A stretch of DNA of 34,476 nucleotides from positions 1-34,476 of the forward strand of contig KZ539069.1 in the NCBI GenBank assembly GCA_000934665.2, written 5' to 3'. Of this stretch, positions 13,301 through 20,952 are shown one piece after another. How positions within the stretch are numbered: position 1 is the first letter of the stretch; each line of letters starts with the position of its first letter. The position numbers were made by a program, and so were the translations under genes. The DNA is from Catajapyx aquilonaris. Lineage: Eukaryota. A model generated the notes under the pieces. The model searched no databases, was not told where the DNA came from, and saw only the letters and a list, made by a program, of their open reading frames with translations.

Positions 13301-15024
13301 TTCTTTCGCTTCGGGTGACGGAGATCTGTGTGAGCTTGCTATGCCTGTTATCTGTCCTTGGCATGTTTCTTTCTCCAATTCAACATCCAGAACGACATCA
13401 TCCACTTCGTTCCTTTCTGGGTCTCTGAATTTCGTTGTATGTGAACTTTCTTCTGCAAGGATCAGAATCATTACGTACCTTCAAGTCGGACTGGAGTCAA
13501 AATATTTGCTCCATTTATTATATATGCCAGCTAATGCAGAATATCTAGAAATAATGGGATGCCTATTGTATATGACTCTGTGTCTTGTCTCTAATGTCTA
13601 AGGAAGCAGGGATTATAATATTTAAATACTCTACGAATAATTTGCCTTCATAATGAAAAGTAAATAATTATATGATTCGTTCCTACGTAAAATCCACTCA
13701 TTTATACCATGCATACCCTGTACATTACGTCATCCAATTCTTCATATACAGTTTTCATATCAATGTACTGTCTTGTATGCTCGTAGAGAGGCAAATCTTC
13801 AAAAACAAGCCAATAATACAGTATACTTTTATATCCCTGCTATTTCTGAGTGCTTGCTCATGTCAATCGCTGTAACATAATATTATATTACAGTACTTCT
13901 AGCGAGGATTCTTACCGGCGCAAGAAACATGGCTCTGGCTTTCAATCTGTGCCTGTGTTTGCACTGGATCCCGGTGACTGATCCCTTGCTGCATGAAGTC
14001 CATTGAAGGTGACTGGTGCATTCCCTCCAAGTCAAAATTTTCAAACTGTTCCAGTGTGGATAACATGTTTGAGAGGACGATATTACTGGGCTCTGAAAAC
14101 ATTGTAATGAAGCAAAGAGAGAGATTTGAAAAATAATATGCATAATAGGCAGGTTAATAACTGCTGATCATATACGAGCCCCTGCATCACAATCATTCGG
14201 CCACCAATGGAATACTAAGGTAACAGTCAAGGAAACCAATTAATTGAACATTTAGATCCCGATGTGTTTACTCGAACTCGATTAACCTATTCCATTTTAT
14301 CCAGCTTCATTGTTGCAGGTATCAACTTGGGCATTGTGTAACCTTGTATATTGCACAATGCCCATCGAATCTAAATTTCGACTAAAATGTGGCTCTATTC
14401 TGCATTTCAGGCCGTAAAATGCCCTTGAAAAACAAACTCACAGAATTATACCGTACCTAAAATATTATTGAATTGCATTACATGGCATTCAGTAAATGAG
14501 AGAACCGGGTATTTTATTACGGAATTCTAAAGTACGTAAGTAAGTTACTTCTTGGCTGCAGATTTTTAGTATTTTAAATGGCGAGTCATAATATGGTTTC
14601 TTTTCTGTATGATTGTGTGGACACAGAATGGACTGGTCTCCTTTTACATCAAATATCCCTGCCCACAATAATATTACGCATAAGTCTTCTCTCCTGTGAG
14701 CATGTGCATGCGAATCACTCTCCGCATTACCACAAACTCAAGCCCTCTTACCAATGTGTATACAAACAGGTTCACCCTCTTCCTCTGACGGACTCGAGGA
14801 ATTGCTGGACATGGCAGGGTCCTTCCTTGGAACATAGCGATTCGTCTCCTGCTGTACTGTTGAAGATCCGTCCTCCTGCGCCTCCACCTCCACGTGCTCG
14901 AAGGGTTCTGAAAGCAAATGCATAATATGGAATTCATCACTTTTTTGTTGTGTAGCAATGGATTTGTACCAACGTGAAGTTTCACAGTGAACTCGTTGGA
15001 GCTTCTGGCCCTGGTCAGTCTCAT
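939..15024 (-). CDS. Gene 1 (overall span): multi-exon gene for an uncharacterised acidic/Pro-rich repetitive protein of about 1,280 aa; 3' end not resolved
   Basis: 19 internal exons each bounded by AG/GT, each a multiple of 3 nt, all phase 1-1 and open in the same frame; they fall into paralogous module types. Confidence 0.8.
1352..1567 (-). CDS. Gene 1 exon, module B (DLHLPSLAMETRPELPEA)
   Basis: ttcacag|AT ... CAG|gtagg; 216 nt; about 95% identical to 4708-4923. Confidence 0.85.
1794..2114 (-). CDS. Gene 1 exon, Lys-rich basic exon with an internal 27-aa tandem duplication
   Basis: ttccag|GC ... AAG|gtgag; 321 nt; open; KQAHIKSSKxQKKxKAVHxSKREIHE occurs twice. Confidence 0.75.
2440..2625 (-). 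CDS. Gene 1 exon, diverged module A with basic cluster (SKRKRATRRKVPTKKPRK)
   Basis: tttcag|GG ... TAG|gtaag; 186 nt; open. Confidence 0.75.
2861..3031 (-). CDS. Gene 1 exon (DEELGMMTCGSLPEKQEAD...VNP), not in the ORF track
   Basis: tttacag|AT ... CAG|gtaag; 171 nt; open in phase 1. Confidence 0.7.
3557..3772 (-). CDS. Gene 1 exon, module A (…TSQAPPPPPES…)
   Basis: ttgcag|AA ... TCG|gtaag; 216 nt; open. Confidence 0.8.
3944..4150 (-). CDS. Gene 1 exon, module B (HLQLPSLAKEE…LPEA)
   Basis: tttacag|AG ... CAG|gtgag; 207 nt; open. Confidence 0.8.
4394..4632. mobile_element. GC-rich PIF/Harbinger (Tourist-like) MITE
   Basis: TIRs of about 33 bp (AGGTCGCTTCACAAACTCGGCGTTGCGAAAGCG / CGCTTTCGCAACGCCGAGTTTGTGAAGCGGCCT) flanked by TTA on both sides (4391-4393, 4633-4635). 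Confidence 0.8.
4708..4923 (-). CDS. Gene 1 exon, module B (recent copy of 1352-1567)
   Basis: ttcacag|AT ... CAG|gtagg; 216 nt; open. Confidence 0.85.
5268..5483 (-). CDS. Gene 1 exon, module A
   Basis: ttacag|AA ... CAG|gtaag; 216 nt; QVPQEDMASTLL…NRVQTPLP. Confidence 0.85.
5932..6008. repeat. Perfect intronic hairpin, 36-bp arms, 5-nt loop
   Basis: 5932-5967 is the exact reverse complement of 5973-6008; loop AACCA. Confidence 0.9.
6156..6338 (-). CDS. Gene 1 exon, module B
   Basis: tttacag|AT ... CAG|gtgaa; 183 nt; HLYLPSLANET. Confidence 0.8.
6635..6847 (-). CDS. Gene 1 exon, module A
   Basis: gacag|AG ... TCG|gtaag; 213 nt; ELGKILDEVD…RVQTPP; paralogue of 10718-10930. Confidence 0.85.
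7204..7568 (-). mobile_element. tRNA-derived SINE, family 2, V-domain-like core, (TTA)n tail, 15-bp TSD
   Basis: A box TGGCGGAGTGG, B box GAGTTCGATCC; core CCGTGTTCGCGTGGGTTTTCTCGGGGTTCTCCCGTTTCCTCCC; TSD TCGCAGTACCCAGTA at 7189-7203 and 7569-7583. Confidence 0.85.
7619..7774 (-). CDS. Gene 1 exon, module H (LRLVAETAIMQISLLAQQTRNE)
   Basis: ttgcag|AT ... ATG|gtgag; 156 nt; paralogue of 12062-12214. Confidence 0.8.
8230..9275. mobile_element. Old non-autonomous DNA element with long degenerate terminal inverted repeats (ends approximate)
   Basis: About 8230-8430 is an imperfect reverse complement of about 9050-9275, e.g. CGTCGGGGTATGCAGACTGATAAGAC vs GTCTTATCAGTCTGCATGCCCCGACG. Confidence 0.6.
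9370..9552 (-). CDS. Gene 1 exon, module B
   Basis: tttacag|AT ... CAG|gtgag; 183 nt; QWGLDFE…DLQLPSPAKET. Confidence 0.85.
9905..10215 (-). mobile_element. tRNA-derived SINE, family 1, 14-bp TSD
   Basis: B box GGGTTCGAATCCC; (TTA)n tail; TSD ACATCCAGAATAAT at 9891-9904 and 10216-10229. Confidence 0.9.
10473..10619. mobile_element. 147-bp hAT-like MITE
   Basis: TIRs CAAGGGT(G)TAACCACT / AGTGGTTAACCCTTG; 8-bp TSD ATCACAAT/GTCACAAT; the paralogous intron near 6537 lacks it. Confidence 0.75.
10718..10930 (-). CDS. Gene 1 exon, module A
   Basis: gacag|AG ... TCG|gtaag; 213 nt; ELDEVLDEID…RVQTPPPP. Confidence 0.85.
12062..12214 (-). CDS. Gene 1 exon, module H
   Basis: tttcag|AT ... ATG|gtaag; 153 nt; open. 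Confidence 0.8.
12665..12859 (-). CDS. Gene 1 exon, diverged module A (DDLDKLLDAIEE)
   Basis: tttcag|AA ... CCT|gtaag; 195 nt; open. Confidence 0.75.
13231..13452 (-). CDS. Gene 1 exon
   Basis: ttgcag|AA ... AAG|gtatg; 222 nt; open. Confidence 0.75.
13916..14092 (-). CDS. Gene 1 exon, diverged module A
   Basis: tttcag|AG ... CCG|gtaag; 177 nt; open. Confidence 0.75.
14752..14907 (-). CDS. Gene 1 exon (EPFEHVEVEAQEDGSSTVQQE…)
   Basis: tttcag|AA ... TTG|gtaag; 156 nt; open. Confidence 0.75.
14970..15024 (-). CDS. Candidate first coding exon of gene 1 (MRLTRARSSNEFTVKLHV)
   Basis: ATG at 15024; 55 nt ends in phase 1 at TTG|gtacaa and gives a 62-nt intron in frame with the next exon; the donor is weak. 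Confidence 0.45.
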
Positions 15025-15593
15025 TTATAACATTTGTACTGTACTTTTTAACATTTTCCGAAGTTAATTTCCTTTTTTCTGGATCAAAAGAGCCAGCATG
15101 TAGTAAAAATTAACTTTGCTATCCTGGTGAAGGAAACTCAAAGCCAATCTGTTGGCTTGCAGGAACGAAAAGGCATATGAAAACCCCAGACAACAGTTTC
15201 AAGTAAAAAGTGTAAAATATCCTGACACGTAGGCCTCTTTTCATGCCTTTTAAATTTAAAGTATACAGTAGGTGTTACAGTTTCATTTTAAATTAAACTG
15301 ACAATGTGTATGAGGCAGCCTCAGAGGCAATGGAAATATCGTAGACTATATCCACGACATAAAAGGTATTATATTTGACGCTTTGATTGATATGAAATAG
15401 GCCTATACCTAATGAACGAGACAGTCGAGATCAAAAATACAAAGGGACTTTCTGATGCCGAGGAGTCCATCCCGAAGTTTTTAATTCAGAATTTTTCCAC
15501 AAGCCTGACGGAACCAGTGAGCTTGCAACTGGCGTCGGATCTTGATCCTCTCTTGCAATGGAAACCAATCATATTTGCGATGTAAAATAAATA

Positions 15594-16186
15594 CAGTAAA
15601 ACTTCTATAAGTCGAAGTTCTCTATAAGTCGAAGAAAATGATGAGCTTGGTTGGTCACAAACACACAATGTAAAATAATAGGAAATAAACTCCCCTAACT
15701 CGAATTTCTATAACTCGAAGTTCTCCATAACTCTAAGTGCAGGCAGGGCCTTACGATGGGATATCAATGCATTTTCAGTCTCCCTAAGTCGAAGTTCATG
15801 TTGGGGAGTACGGAAAATTTTCTCATTTCCCAGCCGAAGGGTCCAGAGTAGACCACATGTACAGAAAGGCTCAATTTCCTGATCTCCGTCTACCAGACGT
15901 ACCGAAAGAAGTGTTTGACTCGATTGTAACAATTGAATCCTTGAATCTAAGAGTAGGCAAATGTCCATAACGGTGACTTTTTTACACCAAAACAACTAGG
16001 AACATTGTAAGTGTGATAGTGACAGTTATTTTTAAGTTTTGAACACCTTTCGTCGCTGGATATAAAGGTAGACTTTCTTATAGAGTTATGTGGTTTAAAA
16101 AAATCCAAACGTCTCTAACTCGAATCTTCTACAACTCGAAGTTTTTTTCCTGTCCCATGGAGATACGATTTATAGAAGTTTTACTG
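15594..16186. mobile_element. Tc1/mariner (pogo/Tigger-like) MITE
   Basis: TIRs CAGTAAAACTTCTATAA / TTATAGAAGTTTTACTG, TA on both flanks, repeated subterminal CTATAA(G/C)TCGAA motifs. Confidence 0.85.
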
Positions 16187-16742
16187 TACATGACATGTGC
16201 AGCCTTTCTCACTCACAGCATTATAAACTCATGATATTTCGTATTAAGGAGGTACATGATCACATTATGAATACGAACCATTCAGATATTCTCACATTTC
16301 ATGGTTTTACGCTCTCATTGCTTACATGTAGGGCTATGCCGTGAAAGTTGGAAGTGACATATTATTATAGACAATGGAATGTGAGAATTTTTGTTATATT
16401 TAAAAATGTCAATGATAGTTGATCAGCTTCGGGCAATTAGCATTCATAGAGAAGATGAGAACATTGGTCACGTTTGTAAATTTTTATTACGGCACAATAT
16501 TTACTACGGATTTTGTAAAATGAGGTGCATATTTTCATATCTCAGCATGTTAGGTATATTAAATGTTATTACTCTGCCAGTAACCTGCATGAATTGCAGG
16601 ATCCTCCTTCCTGAGTAATAAATTCCAATGCTATAATTATTATGGTGTTGGGTAGCTTTGATATGACAATTTGCAACACTCCATTGGTCATGATTGGCGT
16701 CACTAAAAATTTCTCACAACTCATGAAAGGTTCCATTGCGAG

Positions 16743-17273
16743 TCAGGCATAGTCGTCCGACTGGGAAAGAGCGGTTTCCGGGTGATTGAGGAGGAAGAAG
16801 TGGGAAAACAATGTGGCCCTATTGTTCCAGTAAGTGTCTCTCATGGGAGATGAGAAGGTTGGTGGTGACCAGTTTGGAGGTGTCAATGGGCTGGGTGGCT
16901 GCTGGCACTGGCGCCCAAACACTGAGAGGTCTTTATTCCCTCCTGCTTGTTCCATGATGCAACGAGGGCAAAGCATGAGGGGTGGTGAGATGTCAGGTAT
17001 CTCCTGCGACTGAGACATGTATAGCTCTGGGATGAATCTCGGGGCAAATAAGCAGCACCTCGTTGGGGGAGGCAACCAGCCTTGTTCGGTGCAACCCTTG
17101 GCTCCATCGTAGCCTTCCTTGCGGAGGAAGCACTTGAACACAATTGGCTTCTTGTGCATTCGGCTCCTGATGCGGAGGAAGGTGGTCCGTGGGGGCAGGG
17201 TAGGAAGGGCGATGCTGCGTTCCGTGTCGTCATTAAACTCCGTCGACAAGAACCGGACGGCCTGAGCCAGATC
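16743..17273 (-). CDS. SAMD15: SAMD15-like last coding exon
   Basis: ttcctag|GAT, phase 0, open for 177 codons to TGA. Confidence 0.8.
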   Translation of the reverse strand, partial: DLAQAVRFLSTEFNDDTERSIALPTLPPRTTFLRIRSRMHKKPIVFKCFLRKEGYDGAKGCTEQGWLPPPTRCCLFAPRFIPELYMSQSQEIPDISPPLMLCPRCIMEQAGGNKDLSVFGRQCQQPPSPLTPPNWSPPTFSSPMRDTYWNNRATLFSHFFLLNHPETALSQSDDYA

Positions 17274-18757
17274 CTAGGAAAGGAACGCGCTCAATGTGTG
17301 CAGGAAAGCCATTCAAAACAATGCAGACTTTTTACCCTTCCTTCAACCACTCCAATAAGTCATTAGTGAGATGGCTTACCTTGACATGATCAAAGTCACA
17401 AATCCCCATCTTGATAAGCTTGCATGCATCCACCCACATAAGCTTCCTACCATCGACGAAGTTTGCACGGAAAGTTTGCTGATGGGAAGAAAGATCACCA
17501 TTATCATATAACTTATGTTATTATCATGATGATGATCATCATCATCATCAAGCTCACCACATATTGAGGGTATCCAACGCTTTTGAGCCACATAGAAACT
17601 CTGGTTATGTTCCAGAACATGCAAGCTGGAACACATGGGTCTGGCACATGGTCTTCATCTTTTCGCTGGTTATGGGCCACTGACCAGAAGCCCTGGGACA
17701 CGTCACTGTTTCATGCAAACAAGTGAGGAGATAAATGAACAGGAGTGCTAGTAGTGGCAGCTTGTCAAGTACAATGTTGAGCCCAGATCAAAGCCAGAAG
17801 CATGCAGGGATGTTGGACCCAATATGTACCGTGTGTACATCTTTGATTGATAATCAGCAACAATATTAATGATAAATGGCATGAAGGGCTCGGTCTGGGT
17901 TGGACCCAGTACACACAAAGTCCAAATATTCTCCTAAATAATAACAAGTGCAGCGCTGAATTCCACCCTCACAAATGTAAACAGCCCTGTGGTGACCCTG
18001 TGTGCGTCCCAAGCTTGAGCCCCGAAAACATATTGCAGGTTTCTGGACTATATATCTTCTGAATCTACCCGACCAGCTGAGTCGAATGACACTCTTTGTA
18101 GGTTGAGAAACATTTCCTTCAAAAGTTATCAAACTGTGAAATTGCAAGTAATAAACAATCAATAAATGAAAATGGTTTGGTGATTTTAGTTCAATTCAGC
18201 TTTAGCGAGTTGGCCGCTTATTGTGGGTTGGGTAATCGAAACATTAAATGTTTGGCTTGTGGCGCCGCAGGCCAACGAACGTTATTGTGGCTTTTCAGAG
18301 CCACTTCACGCAACATCTACATCTACGGCGTCACAAGACGGCAATGTTGCGGACGCACATAGAGTACGTTGTTAATATACAAATGACCTTTAAAATTACC
18401 ATGACGATTCTATCACGCAACAAACGAAGTAATCAGTTTCAACAAAGGAACACTCGTTTATTTTCATTTATAACCGAAGCAGTTTGGAAGAGAGGAAATG
18501 GTGTCCGACTGCTAATCGGGAGGTCCTGGGATCAAATCCCGGGGCCGGCAACTCTGACCGTGGTTTTCTGTGGTTTCCCACGGTCCTTCCAGGAAAATTC
18601 CGGAGTTGCTTCCGTAATTAATAGGCCACAGCCGCTTCCTTCCGCCCCTATCCTATCCCAAAGAGCCCAGTAAAATGAAAAGCAAAGAGTTCCAGGCAAA
18701 AACAAACTTCCCCCCTAAAGTGCCGATGGCTGATAACGGGGTATGAATTATTATTAA

Positions 18758-18805
<48 letters not shown>

Positions 18806-19158
18806 TATTATTATTATTATTATTAATTGATTGTTTCAGTATTACTTACTATTTCAAAATTCTATAACTTTTCTCCCCCCCCCCCTACGAATAGTGTCAT
18901 TCGACTCAGCTCGTCGAGTAGATGCGATAAATATAATATAGAAACCTGCAATATTATTGCGGGACTGCCCTTGCTGCCGTGAGGGAATTACGCAGTTTCA
19001 CTACTTCCACTGTACCTTTTTCCGGCACGCTCCACTTTTAATTTCTCCATCAGCATCGGCGGATCACACCTGCTGCTGTCCAGAAGGGAATCGATCAATG
19101 TACTCTTGACTCTTCCATAGTTCTTCTTGGAACCCTTCTTTCGCACTGCGACCTCCAT
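16743..19158 (-). CDS. SAMD15: SAM-domain protein, SAMD15-like (overall span; about 306 aa if the candidate exon 1 is right)
   Basis: Spliced translation FWNITRVSMWLKSVGYPQYV|QTFRANFVDGRKLMWVDACKLIKMGICDFDHVK|DLAQAVRFL…RSIALP…TFL fits the SAM consensus (W…V..WL..GY.QY…F….DG..L….L..MGI) plus the RSI.LP motif recalled for the SAMD15 family. Confidence 0.8.
17380..17478 (-). CDS. SAMD15: SAMD15-like exon (SAM core)
   Basis: catcag|CAA ... AAG|gtaagc; 99 nt; phase 0-0. Confidence 0.85.
17558..17705 (-). CDS. SAMD15: SAMD15-like exon (SAM N-terminal helices)
   Basis: Pyrimidine tract + aaacag|T ... GTG|gtgagc; phase 2-0. Confidence 0.8.
18010..18973. mobile_element. Degenerate DNA element with terminal inverted repeats, interrupted by a SINE (ends approximate)
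   Basis: 18030-18094 (ATATTGCAGGTTTCT…CAGCTGAGTCGAATGACACT) is an imperfect reverse complement of 18893-18955. Confidence 0.6.
18473..18824 (+). mobile_element. tRNA-derived SINE, family 1, (TTA)n tail
   Basis: Reverse complement of 9905-10215 with high similarity. Confidence 0.9.
19016..19158 (-). CDS. Candidate first coding exon of the SAMD15-like gene (MEVAVRKKGSKKNYGRVKST…)
   Basis: ACGATGG start context; 143 nt open; AAG|gtacag gives the phase 2 required by the next exon (alternative phase-2 donor at 19070). Confidence 0.55.
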
Positions 19159-19529
19159 CGTGTATATTATTATAATGTTATTATGTAGTTGTCATGGAAG
19201 CTTCAAAATAATAATTGCCACCAGTTGATTTGAATAGGTAAGGCGTTCTGCTGTTGGATATACTGACACTGAGACTAGCGCCGCCCGTGCAAACCCTTTC
19301 GGCGGGGGAGCAGAGCTAAGCTCTCAGGGGGAACAATAATGTACTGGTATATGGAGTGTCAGTGGCGTGCGCTGGATCGACCTGGAACCTGGCAGTAACT
19401 GATGATTGCGTATGGACCAGTTAACCGTGAAGTCATTTTGTGACATTTTGTAGGTCATAGTTACGAGGGGGACAGGTGTAACCTGGACTAAGTTGGACCC
19501 ATGTATACGGGTTTTATGCCGTGAAGTAA

Positions 19530-19567
<38 letters not shown>
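19530..19567 (+). repeat. (GAT)n microsatellite, possibly a retroposon tail
   Basis: About 12 tandem GAT units. Confidence 0.85.
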
Positions 19568-20092
19568 ATAAAAGTAATAAAGGCACGTACACAGCGGTGG
19601 ACATATTATTAGCACTACCTGAACATTTATTTTTCGGCACGGGTGGCGCTGGCGATGGCGCTACCTGGCAGTAACCATGATTAACCGTGACCTATATTGG
19701 AGGGGGGGCATATGTCAATGCACCGAACTTCAAGAGAATCGGTGAGGTCGGAATTTGACCTCTGCCCTCCTCAAAAATGGGTCACAGGGTCATTTTGATC
19801 AGGTAACTATAGGTAATCCGGGCAGTCCGCGGATTATTATTATTCATTAATATCACTCTTCATCAAATTTCCGGAAAAGCGGAAAAAGAACTCAGGCCCT
19901 GGGGTAAGGCAGTGGCTCAAAAACCCCGTCGTCAAAGGGTTAAGAATAATTATGAAATAAGTTGTAGCCTGCGGAAAGTTGCAACCACAGGTTCAATCTG
20001 ACTAGGCGGCCCCCCTATAAGATGATCTGGCTCATGACGCCATGAGGTATCCATTTGTACAAAATGGTGGTAAATAACTTTACCTATAAACA

Positions 20093-20502
20093 CAGCGGTT
20101 CTCAAACTGTGCCCCCCCCCAGGGGGGGGGGGNNNNNNNNNNNNNNNNNNNNNNNNNNNNNNNNNNNNNNNNNNNNNNNNNNNNNNNNNNNNNNNNNNNN
20201 NNNNNNNNNNNNNNNNNNNNNNNNNNNNNNNNNNNNNNNNNNNNNNNNNNNNNNNNNNNNNNNNNNNNNNNNNNNNNNNNNNNNNNNNNNNNNNNNNNNN
20301 NNNNNNNNNNNNNNNNNNNNNNNNNNNNNNNNNNNNNNNNNNNNNNNNNNNNNNNNNNNNNNNNNNNNNNNNNNNNNNNNNNNNNNNNNNNNNNNNNNNN
20401 NNNNNNNNNNNNNNNNNNNNNNNNNNNNNNNNNNNNNNNNNNNNNNNNNNNNNNNNNNNNNNNNNNNNNGGGGGGCGATGTGGCAAAGTTTGAGAACCGC
20501 TG
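20093..20502. mobile_element. hAT (Charlie-like) MITE spanning the assembly gap
   Basis: 16-bp TIRs CAGCGGTTCTCAAACT / AGTTTGAGAACCGCTG; 8-bp flanks TATAAACA / CCTAAACA (6/8). Confidence 0.75.
20133..20469. other. Assembly gap (N run)
   Basis: Ns between poly-C/poly-G runs. Confidence 1.
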
Positions 20503-20920
20503 CCTAAACATGTGCATGAAATAATTATGGAGGTTTTGTGCTATTTTTAATGGTAGCCCAAGTGCCGGTTGCACCGCCCCCCAGGAAACATTAGTTTGCG
20601 ATTGTAAATGCTATGTAGAGGTTTGTTTTGTTGGAAACAATGTTGTCAACAATGAACAACAATCTTTCCACCTCTTTTCCAGTATAATATGTCTTCCATA
20701 GAGTCAGTGCAACCAGAATCGTTAGGTCTCCTGCTTATTTAGCTGATATCGAGCAAGCCTATAAACGGAATAAGTCAGAACTTCAGGATACTCATAGGTC
20801 TAAAACAAGTCTACAAAGTAGAGGGGGTAAGTATGACTGTCTGTAACTCATCCCTTAGCTACAAGTCGGCTATAACCGAAAGTCACGGCATGGGCTATAT
20901 TCACGGAGGCTTACCTGTGC

Positions 20921-20952
20921 TTATGCTCCAGGATAAGGTGCATGGCGTTTGT
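20921..20952 (-). CDS. Gene 3 candidate last coding exon (DKRHAPYPGA*)
   Basis: tttcctcttag|AC; TAA at 20923-20921; a CAG|gtaagc donor follows 6 nt later. Confidence 0.55.

Noticed and set aside
17973..18031. Alternative phase-2 first exon for the SAM gene (MFSGLKLG…)
   Set aside because: The ATG falls in the inverted repeat of a decayed DNA element and the donor context is weak; the 19158 exon has a better start context. Not excluded
19950..20574. ORFs of 150-178 aa
   Set aside because: Artefacts of translating through the N gap
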